64,000 nt of DNA from an uncultured Nitrososphaeraceae archaeon. Lineage in GTDB: Archaea > Thermoproteota > Nitrososphaeria > Nitrososphaerales > Nitrososphaeraceae. Below are positions 54,939-64,000 of this stretch, in pieces. The stretch is taken from positions 1 to 64,000 of the forward strand of contig CAWIMJ010000007.1 in the NCBI GenBank assembly GCA_963837175.1, written 5' to 3'. Positions within the stretch are counted from its first letter, which is position 1. Each line of letters begins with the position of its first letter. The position numbers were made by a program, and so were the translations under genes. A model generated the notes under the pieces. It worked only from the letters and a program-made list of their open reading frames with translations. It searched no databases and had not been told where the DNA came from.

Positions 54939-55352
54939 ATGAGAGTGAACATGGATAAACATCTGATATTATATTGTACGAAACTGATAGTAGTATTTAA
55001 TATATTTTATACTTGTCTGAATCAAAATTTAATAGTTCATGTTATTAACTTCGTTAAAGGTTTTGAATCTGCCATAATATTTATAGCTGCAACCTTGTTT
55101 CTGCTAATATGTATTGCCATTACATTAAGAAATGTCAAAAAATTGCCAAACTATTATGTCGTAGAGATCTTCGATTTATATGGTAAAAAGATTTTCATCG
55201 ATAGCTTAAGACAAATCTTTACAACATATGATGCCGCCGAAAGCTACGCGCGTTTTTATCATGAAATCTATAGAGAGCAGTACAAGTTCAGAGTAGTTGG
55301 GAAGAGAAATGTTTACTATAATACCATTAATACCTCTAATAAAACTAGATAG
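54939..55352 (+). CDS. Hypothetical membrane-anchored protein
   Basis: TM segment then F.TYDAAESYARFY; start uncertain. Confidence 0.55.
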   Translation: MRVNMDKHLILYCTKLIVVFNIFYTCLNQNLIVHVINFVKGFESAIIFIAATLFLLICIAITLRNVKKLPNYYVVEIFDLYGKKIFIDSLRQIFTTYDAAESYARFYHEIYREQYKFRVVGKRNVYYNTINTSNKTR

Positions 55353-55749
55353 TTCCATATTTTGAGAGCGGACTCATACAGATTTTGCAGCCAAACATTG
55401 CCAGTTTATTTTTTTCCTTGATCTCGTCCAGATTTCTTATGATCAATCTTTTATCATCTTCCGCCAGTTTGAGGGTTGATATATCCTGTTCTGAAACTCC
55501 GTAAATTATAGGTATGATTGATGTAATCTTATTACACGTATGACAATAACCTTCAGATATTCTGCGGGGATTATGGTCATGGTAATTTAAGTGAAATTTT
55601 TCAGCTTCATCTTGTGTAATTCCAAAGGAATCTATAAGTTTATAATTAATTCTATAATAGAGTAGATCTCCTTCATCATATTCATTATTTCTTAGGTAAA
55701 ATCCATGCAGGTCTTTGAGCAAGCGATCAATTGCAGTTACATCAATCAA
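55345..55749 (-). CDS. Hypothetical Zn-binding protein
   Basis: CHTC...PIIYG...CKIC. Confidence 0.65.
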   Translation of the reverse strand: MIDVTAIDRLLKDLHGFYLRNNEYDEGDLLYYRINYKLIDSFGITQDEAEKFHLNYHDHNPRRISEGYCHTCNKITSIIPIIYGVSEQDISTLKLAEDDKRLIIRNLDEIKEKNKLAMFGCKICMSPLSKYGTI

Positions 55750-56197
55750 TAAATTACAATGATAGCTTTTGTAATAGATCTATTAATATATTTTTGATTT
55801 ACATTTCTATTATTTATCATAAAATCGACTAACGTTATGATAATACCTTTCCTTTTATACTAAGACAATAAATGATTCAAAAAACTAAAAAGTTGTTAAA
55901 AATATTATAAACTTTAAAATACAGACTTTAACATCATATAAGGTTAAGTCTTTGCCAAAGGATACTGATTGTTTGTTATACTACAATAATAAGCCCTAAT
56001 GGTTATAGTAGGATTGAAATGAAATTAAATAATAAAAGATTTGTTATGCCATATCATCAATATTGCTAATTAATTATAAAATAAAATTAATAAAATTTGA
56101 TATTAACAAATCAGTTGTGTTATACACTATGACAGAAAGAAAGAAAAGAACAACTCTCTTCTAAAAATAGGATAGATAAATAAGTGATGAAAAAAGA

Positions 56198-56446
56198 TTG
56201 TTAAGAATAATGAAACATCCTAAAAAACAACAACATACACAGCAGAAAAAAAATAATAATGAGAAAAATAATGCCATTAGTAGTGGAAAAGTAACTTCAA
56301 TGATAGGTAAGAGCGTTTTCACTTTAACTTTTAATGTAGATATAGCACGTGCTCTTAATTTTCAACATAATGAATCACTAAGTTATAATATAATTGGCAA
56401 CCAATTGATTATTAAAAAGGAGGATTCTAATAGAATAGACTGGTAG
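56198..56446 (+). CDS. AbrB/MazE-like small DNA-binding protein
   Basis: GKSVFTLT...DIARALNF....L.Y...GNQLIIKK. Confidence 0.55.
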   Translation: MLRIMKHPKKQQHTQQKKNNNEKNNAISSGKVTSMIGKSVFTLTFNVDIARALNFQHNESLSYNIIGNQLIIKKEDSNRIDW

Positions 56447-56910
56447 ATATAAGGATTAGCCATTGATTAAGGATCAATTCATAACATACAATAATTGCTA
56501 ATATTCAGTCAACTAATTATCGAGTTCTTGGATACCATTCCGTCGCTGTGCGGGACTGCCTTAGTTATTCATATTTAGACATGGGTGTAAAAATGCCAAA
56601 AATCGCGATCTATAGGATAACTGTCTCTATCGAATTACGACCGGTTAAATCACAGGAGTGTTTAAATTTAATAAGAAATAGTATAGCAAATATTATACAT
56701 CTATTGTTAGTCTTACATAGGAATGTGAAAATAATATAATTTTTCTAGTCTTTTTAATTCTTTTTTTATTTATTAACAGCCTGATTTTTATCTTCTATCT
56801 GAAGTATCTCAAATGCAATCGACCTAATGTATTACATAAGTCACTCTAGTCTTTCTGACAATCATTTTATACACCGCTTCTTTTATTTTGCTGTTAGTGT
56901 TTGGACTATC

Positions 56911-57048
56911 ATGGAAGGATATTGCGTTAAATGTAAATCAAAGAGGTCAATGAAAGACGAGAAGAAGGTCACAATGAAAAATGGTAGGCCTGCAACCACA
57001 GGAATTTGTTCTATCTGTGGAACAAAAATGTTCAAGATAGGCAAATGA
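56911..57048 (+). CDS. DUF5679-like small basic Zn-binding protein
   Basis: MEGYCVKCK...MKNGRPA..GICSICGTKMFKIG. Confidence 0.8.
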   Translation: MEGYCVKCKSKRSMKDEKKVTMKNGRPATTGICSICGTKMFKIGK

Positions 57049-57070
57049 TCTTTTTCTCACTTTTTGTTTT
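57049..57070 (+). terminator. Oligo-T archaeal terminator-like tract
   Basis: TCTTTTTCTCACTTTTTGTTTT directly after the stop codon. Confidence 0.4.
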
Positions 57071-57248
57071 CCGTTAAGACTGTACATCCTTTGTGCTGTA
57101 GCTTATGCTATGATTCATATCATATAATTATGGGGGTTCAAACTGTATGTCAAGAGAATGTATTATAGCTGTATAGTTAAAAAATATCTCTTATCCAGAT
57201 TCTTTATGCAATTAAAATATAATACCATAAAATATATTAGAAGATCAT

Positions 57249-58217
57249 TTGATAACTATACGCAATCTTGTTAAAAGATATCAGAATATAATTGCTGTTA
57301 ATGACCTAAGTCTAGATATTCATGAAAATGAGGTTTTTGGTCTTCTAGGACCAAATGGTGCAGGCAAAACCACTACAATACATATGCTTGCCACTCTTCT
57401 TAAACCTACCTCTGGCACTGCTACTATAAATGGTTATGACATTGTAAATGAACCTGCTAAAGTGAGGGCCAGCATAGGTATTGTGTTTCAGGCACCGAGT
57501 AGTGATGACATGTTAACAGGATATGAAAATCTAAAGCTTCATTCTTTGCTTTATAGCGTCCCTAGAGATATCAGAGAAAAAAGAATTTGCGAAGTATTAG
57601 AATTAGTAGGTCTAACCGAAAGAAAAGATGATAAAGTCAAGCAATATTCGGGTGGGATGAGAAGGCGGCTAGAGATTGCAAGAGGTCTTATTCATAGGCC
57701 GAAAGTAATTTTCCTTGACGAGCCAACACTTGGTCTTGACCCAACAGGCAGGGAATCAATGTGGAAATATATAAAACAATTGGTGAGGGAAGAAAAGATC
57801 ATTATTATATTGACAACTCACTATATGGAGGAAGCTGATATTCTCTGTGATAGAATTGGCATTATAGATAAGGGCAAAATAATTGCATTGGACACACCAT
57901 CAAAACTAAAAAAGATGATTGCTAGCGATATTATAAAACTGAAGCTAAAGAAAAAAAATAGTCAGGATATCGAAACTCTAAGGAGCTTTACTTTTATACA
58001 TAAAATTGAAAGTATAAATATTAATGATGAGCAAATTTTTATTTTATCAGTAGATAATGCTAGCCATAATCTTCCTATAATTTTGAAATACATTGATGTT
58101 GAATCAGTAGAGTTCACAAGTACTACATTAAACGACGTATTTCTTGGATTTACTGGTCGAGATCTCAAAGAACAGCCAGAAGGAGGTTTTATGGAAAGAT
58201 ATGCTCAATATGATTAG
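57249..58217 (+). CDS. ABC exporter ATP-binding protein (DrrA-like)
   Basis: GPNGAGKTT, YSGGM, FLDEPT, TTHYM. Confidence 0.95.
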   Translation: MITIRNLVKRYQNIIAVNDLSLDIHENEVFGLLGPNGAGKTTTIHMLATLLKPTSGTATINGYDIVNEPAKVRASIGIVFQAPSSDDMLTGYENLKLHSLLYSVPRDIREKRICEVLELVGLTERKDDKVKQYSGGMRRRLEIARGLIHRPKVIFLDEPTLGLDPTGRESMWKYIKQLVREEKIIIILTTHYMEEADILCDRIGIIDKGKIIALDTPSKLKKMIASDIIKLKLKKKNSQDIETLRSFTFIHKIESININDEQIFILSVDNASHNLPIILKYIDVESVEFTSTTLNDVFLGFTGRDLKEQPEGGFMERYAQYD

Positions 58218-58495
58218 CATTAGTGGAAATGTACCAATTGACGTTACAGCAGTATAATTATGTATTATGAAAATATACTAGAATCACATTATGATACCAA
58301 AAATAGAGGATAGAAGGTGAAGGTGAAGGTGAAGTAGAAAATAAAATGGAAAACTATTCTATAATTTCTGCATACAAATATTATACGATACTAAGAAATG
58401 AGATATTGGTAAATATTACTACAAATATATTCTGATATTTTTCTGGCTAATAACTGTACTATCACCTCTCATTTTATGAAGTATACTCATACGTA

Positions 58496-59759
58496 TCAAA
58501 CTTCAACGACTTCGCCTACATTTGGAGCTTTTGCATCAAAACCATATATATCTGTGATCTCTTGTGCAAATTTTGTACACGACGGGCCATCACCATGAAC
58601 TGTAAGCACTTTGGGATTACCCTTGATTCGATCCAGAATTTCAAATAATTCACTTCTGCTATTATGTCCTGAAAATTCGAAACGCTTAACATCAGCTAAG
58701 CATTTTCTTACTTTGCCGTCAAATGTCGTAATTCTTTTTTCGAGTAATGTCCTACCGGGAGGTACCTACGCCTTGATATGATACCAGAGCTATGCCATTC
58801 TTATCATTTTTTGCAATTTCTTGCATATAGAATACTGCAGAACCTCCCACTAACATTCCTGCCGGGGAGATTATTACACATGGTTCTTTTACAGCTTTTT
58901 TTCTTCTGTTCCACCCACTTATCCATTCTGCTCCGCCTATGGCTTGCTTAAATACTTCGGCATTTCTCAAGAATGCAGGATATTTCATCATGATTTGATT
59001 AGCTTTAAGTGCCATTCCATCCATCACTACTTTGTATGGAAAATTGTATTCTTTTAGAACACAAGCTATTTCCTGCGATCTCTCCACAGAAAATGCAGGA
59101 ATAAATAATGTACCCCCTCTTTCAACTACATCATAGGCGTATTCAAGCAGATCCTTTTCAGACTGCTCTCTAGATACTTGTTCAGTCTGAGAATAAGTAC
59201 TCTCTAAAATCATCAAGTCAATCTCATCAAAATTCAAATCGGCAGGGCGCAGTAATTTTGAACCTCTAGTATTTATATCCCCTGTATAAAATATACGTTT
59301 TCCGTCATGTTCTACAACAACTGTAGATCCGCCTAGAACGTGTCCAGATTCAAGCAGAATTATCTTGACGTCTTTTATTATATACGGTTCTCTGTATTCC
59401 AAGTTCTTTGAATACTTCATCATTGTCATAAGATCAATGTATTCAAAGGGCAGATAGAATCCTGATATTTTGATCATATCTTCAATTAACAATCGCGACA
59501 GATCGAATGTTGGTAGAGTAGCAAGGGCCTGGAGATTCCTTGATTCTGATAGAAATAGAGATGGAACAAAGCCTGAATGGTCTAGATGTGCATGAGTAAT
59601 TACTACTGCATCAATATCTTTTGGTTTAACATGCATGGGAAAGATAGGTTCTCTTTTTAAAAGTACGCCATAATCCATCAATATATTAGTACTATTGCTA
59701 TTTACTAGGAATGCTGAACGTCCAACTTCCTTCGCAGCACCTAAAACAGATACTTTCAA
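58496..59759 (-). CDS. Beta-CASP metallo-beta-lactamase ribonuclease (aCPSF-like), frameshift near 58760
   Basis: HAHLDH, GHVLG, TGD, ESTY, FSVERSQE; FSGH and VHGD in the shifted frame. Confidence 0.9.
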
Positions 59760-59928
59760 ATTTTACTCTTCTGAATATTTAGTGATAGATGCTTTAAGTC
59801 TTTCACAGTAAGTAGATATATGCATGCTTCTTAAGGGGTCATTGTACAACATAGTTGTTGATATGAAACTGCGATGAAATAGCGATTATTTGATTAGAAT
59901 AGTTAATTATGGAACAGAGCAGTATTTT

Positions 59929-60765
59929 TTACGTATTATTAAATTGAATATCCCATAAACGTTCCTTTCTCTCTACGTATGAAGTAATATTCTGTAACTG
60001 TTCAAGATACCTAAATCCGCATTCGTCCAATAAATCTTCAAAATCGTAACGTTCACACAGGTCTTTTTTCTCATCCTCTAATCTTTGCATAAGAATTGAT
60101 TTTATGGCTTCTGATTTACTAGGTTTGCTACTATAAATGTACCATAGGTTGTGAGCACCTCGTAGTTTTGAGAGAAATAAATAGTTCTTGCTAGACATTT
60201 TTGTATAGTAAAGATTCATAATTTCAATATTGACATCTTCCCATGAGGGTGTTCTCCATTTAGCAATTCTTTCAAAACCATTGCCTTCAAATTCAGCTGC
60301 TAAACTAATTCCCTGATCTAATGTTGTCACAATCACATCTGCCTTCGCAGCAACTGCATCTCGAAAATCTAGGCCAGGTTCCATCCAACCAACAAAGATA
60401 ACATCGAATTGTTGGTTAATTCCCCAGCGAGCATCGGCAATTTTGATATAATCTGGTTTTTCTCTTTTGTAATAATAAAAGATTTTCGCGTCATTATCAA
60501 TACCTAATGCATTGGGAATAAATTCCCGTATTTTTGAAAGAAAGTCGCCGTTTCCGCAACCTACGTCTAAGTATCTTGGTTTGCCATTCTTTGCAACTGC
60601 TTTTAATATAGAAATTAGACGGAGTACATCAATTTTTCTATATGCAAAATACGTGCCACATAAAAAAGGAAAACTATAACGTTCGTGATGTGGGGACATA
60701 GCATATGTTTTAAATTGTTTTAAGGAGATCATCGCTTTTTGGAGATCAGCTGTTTTAAAGGGCAT
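59929..60765 (-). CDS. SAM-dependent methyltransferase
   Basis: YLDVGCGNG, FDVIF. Confidence 0.8.
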   Translation of the reverse strand: MPFKTADLQKAMISLKQFKTYAMSPHHERYSFPFLCGTYFAYRKIDVLRLISILKAVAKNGKPRYLDVGCGNGDFLSKIREFIPNALGIDNDAKIFYYYKREKPDYIKIADARWGINQQFDVIFVGWMEPGLDFRDAVAAKADVIVTTLDQGISLAAEFEGNGFERIAKWRTPSWEDVNIEIMNLYYTKMSSKNYLFLSKLRGAHNLWYIYSSKPSKSEAIKSILMQRLEDEKKDLCERYDFEDLLDECGFRYLEQLQNITSYVERKERLWDIQFNNT

Positions 60766-60900
60766 TTTAGATTTAATTATTCAAAAATAAATTCAATTTG
60801 TACTATTTAATGATTATATATATAGCGAAGATCTTTTAAATAGAGATAAATATTATAGTAATATGGCCTCAGAGGACTATAGAAAAACCGATTTAATTAT

Positions 60901-61113
60901 ATGTCTTTGAGAATAACAATCTTCAAAATGGTCAATGGTCATTGTGACTGTGCAGACTGCAAAGATCCTATTGCAGGTTGGATTCCTTTAAAAGATGACA
61001 ATAACACAATAGCTGGAAGGTTTGATCTTTGTGCAGCACATAAGGAACAGTTTATACAGGAAGAAGTGAGCAAGAACAACATGAGAGAAGACAGAATAAT
61101 CCAGAATAACTGA
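60901..61113 (+). CDS. Small Cys/His-containing hypothetical protein
   Basis: CDCADC...LCAAH. Confidence 0.5.
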   Translation: MSLRITIFKMVNGHCDCADCKDPIAGWIPLKDDNNTIAGRFDLCAAHKEQFIQEEVSKNNMREDRIIQNN

Positions 61114-61248
61114 TTATTATTAGAGAATAGTGGTTTTGTTAACTTCTAATAAAGTTCCATTACATCTATCTAATATTGTTGATTCTCAACTCTGAAAAGA
61201 TTGTTTATATGTGAAAAAGATGCTTCCTCTTTTCTTATTGTTCGTCAA

Positions 61249-62311
61249 CTACTCTTGTCGTTCACTTAATTCATTTTTTAGCGGATAAACGTATACATTC
61301 GCTCTCTCATCCCCAATCTCTAGAATGTATCATTATTGTTCCATATATCTGATTTCCATCTAAACCCATTGCATCCATACCCAATATAGAAGTAGGATCT
61401 ACACTCTCGACTTCTGGAATTATATCATTTCCAGGATATGGCTCTAATGTTATTTTTTCCTCTCCTAGCAAGCCAGTATCTCTTATTCCGTTGGACATCT
61501 GCCTTTCTCCGTCGTTTAGCATGATGTCGATATTGTATTTGCTTCTGAGATTCACCATTCCATTGTACAAGTCAAACTCCTCACCACTAACAATATAGTT
61601 AACGAATTCTGATTCGAGTATTCTTTTTGAGATGTAATCGTATCCGTTCTGATTGGTAATAAAAATCACTTTGATCCCATTTGTTGGATCAAGAACTGCT
61701 ATCTGATTTCTCTCATATTCTTCAGCTATCTTGAGACTTTTAAATGTTCTCTCAGACCTTGCTATTACAACATAATGAAAAGGATTGTATCTTCCAATTC
61801 TTGCATGTAAGTTAACCAAGTCTTCATAAATGCCTGGATTAGAATTCTTAAGATTATCAGCGAAAAACTGCCAGGTCCGTATCTTTTTCTTATTTACCAT
61901 TAAGTTAATAGCACTAACAGTTATTGCCTTAAAACCTAACAAAATTCTATGAGTAGATGCGAAAACATTATCTCCAATTTTTCGATTACAGCCAGTTAAA
62001 AGTGGAACTCCTCCAGCGGGTTTACCTGTTATCTTATAGATATATGATCCTTTGCCATCACGCATTGTATTTGCTGCAATATAGCTCGTTGTCTGGTATG
62101 GGAATTTCATTTTATCAATATAACTTGAAGAAGCACCAATTACTATTTCCGGCAACACCTTTCCCACGGATTTCATTCCAAAATCATGCGATGGAGAGAT
62201 TACCTTGATACCTCTCCGGAGGAAATGATCCAGCTGTTCTATGATGATCTTCTTGTTTTCGACTAGCGAGTATAATCTACTTTTATATTTAGATTCAAAG
62301 CTTTCTTCCAT
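61249..62311 (-). CDS. RibD C-terminal (dihydrofolate/pyrimidine reductase)-like protein, frameshift near the C-terminus
   Basis: YIAAN, FDL...L...YNIDIMLNDG...GLLGE..ITLEP echo RibD_C. Confidence 0.55.
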
Positions 62312-63030
62312 CAGTTATTAAAGCAACAACTTGCTTATGATAATTTACAATTTATTGGATATCTGCAATATATTATAATATATTTAGATAACAATGCAAT
62401 CATCAAATATATTCTTTGTCCGTTTTACTGGTTGCTGGATCATATTATTTCTAGACGTAACATAAAACAATTTGCATGATCTTTTATCAACCAAAAGCTT
62501 ATTTGCACATCTATAATAGGTGAGATAAGCATTAGAGTTCTACGATCATGATTATTATTACTGATGCTTTGGATTAACCATTATATAAGATAGAGATAAT
62601 TTAATGAACAAGTATCATAATAAAGATGATTGATAGTAATTTAATAGATTAAACAATTCTTCAAATAAAACGAAAGGATTGATTCATTAATTTCTCCTTG
62701 TATTAATTTGCCTATTCAACAGATGATATCTAACTTATCTCCATTTTATAACAGTAGTATATTCTCCTGCCGGCGATTTATATTCTGTTCCTTACGATAT
62801 ACGTACATAATTGGTCATCATACACTTCCGAATAGATTATAATACTTTTTAGATACTGTTTTAATTATGATTCATTAGCTGATCCATTAACATAGATAAA
62901 ATGATGTAACATCTTTGCTATGCTCAAATGAGGAGCAATGATTTGAACAACAACTTTGAATTTCATTTCCTCTATTGGGAGCAATACCATTTTAACACAA
63001 TAATTATTTATATTTAGATTAGAAATCTAA

Positions 63031-63258
63031 TTAAGAAGGTAAATAGTTTTTCTTTATGGTATAAAGGATAAAACTGCATTCTTCACAGGAATAAAATAAA
63101 CTGTCAAAATCAGAACATAGAGACATTATTGCATAACATCTTGGGCATTCAATTTCATGATTTATTTCAACGGGTGTTTCTTCCTGGTGTTCAATAGTGC
63201 AATTTCTGATCTCAGCGCTTTTCTCCAATTCTGTGTTTGCCATAATAATACTAATCAA
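63031..63258 (-). CDS. Small zinc-ribbon protein
   Basis: CPRC...CEEC. Confidence 0.65.
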   Translation of the reverse strand: MISIIMANTELEKSAEIRNCTIEHQEETPVEINHEIECPRCYAIMSLCSDFDSLFYSCEECSFILYTIKKNYLPS

Positions 63259-64000
63259 ATTATAGATAATTTCTTACTTTTAAAATAAGAATCTCTGTGG
63301 GGAGAGGGGGTAGTATATGCTATGATTACTTTGACCTAAGTGAATTGACGGATATTTTTGACACAAAGCAATGTATCTCTACGCGAATAAGTTTCTTTTA
63401 CTCTTAATGTCTGATACCTAAGTTTGGTCCTTTTTTCTTTTTGTTAGATAGGATTGTCTTTAACTGAGGTTCACAGCATTTACAAAAGATATGATAACTT
63501 AATTTTCATCTTGAACAAGGATTTTACTAACTAGAAAATTTTATTTATCTATATCTTTAATTCTTGTGATATTTTCATACTTGGTAAATTTAGATGGCTT
63601 CCACATGAAACACACCTTATTAACTGGAGAAAATACAATTGTACTAACAACATATTTCAAAAAAGTAATCATGTATCAGAAGTTTATAGATCCCAGCGTA
63701 TGGTAAAATGAATATGCAGGTAATACATCAATAAGATACTGACAATGACACTCCAGACTCTTTTAGTCGAAATTTCCATATAATTTGTAATCCACGATTG
63801 TGATCTTTTCTATACTTTTCTTGCATTCTAGATAACCATTAGAAATAACTGTTAAAGATAAATCAATTTCATAAATCTAACAAAGGTGTTGTTCAATTAT
63901 ATTTCCGCACGACTATATGCCTCCAATCTCCATTCTTATTACTCTTTTCAAACTCTATTTTGAAATTATATAAATTAAGAAAGTTTAGTATTGGCTTATA

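Noticed and set aside
58312-58334. (GAAGGT)x3 short tandem repeat
   Set aside because: Too short, between convergent genes, with no sign of function.
62320-64000. Long AT-rich low-coding stretch as a possible ncRNA or origin
   Set aside because: No GC-rich structured segment, ORB-like repeats or cdc6 gene were seen; long intergenic tracts occur throughout this window.

Overview
AT-rich archaeal chromosome segment. The gene content (thaumarchaeal-type heme-copper oxidase operon with blue-copper proteins, F420-dependent NADP reductase, futalosine-pathway radical SAM enzymes, HMG-CoA synthase, BHB-intron tRNAs) points by inference to an ammonia-oxidizing archaeon (Nitrososphaerota, likely Nitrososphaeraceae). 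Housekeeping blocks are interleaved with two integrative elements, each with a tyrosine integrase beside the 3' end of an intron-containing tRNA. (1) A primase-polymerase element at tRNA-Lys(CTT) runs off the left edge. (2) A ~9.9-kb island at tRNA-Pro(GGG), with a degenerate att repeat at 43169-43190, carries a GC-richer malic enzyme-fumarase pair and many detox-gene fragments. Other notable points: CoxB is fused to a type-1 copper domain that is a 293-bp, one-mismatch copy of the downstream cupredoxin's C-terminal domain; a convergent PspA/PspAA/PspAB/HtpX module; a solo Cas4-like gene near PolX; and a glycosyltransferase cluster. More than a dozen genes are split by single frameshifts, most likely sequencing/assembly indels. 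All product calls come from motif recognition by eye; no database searches were run.
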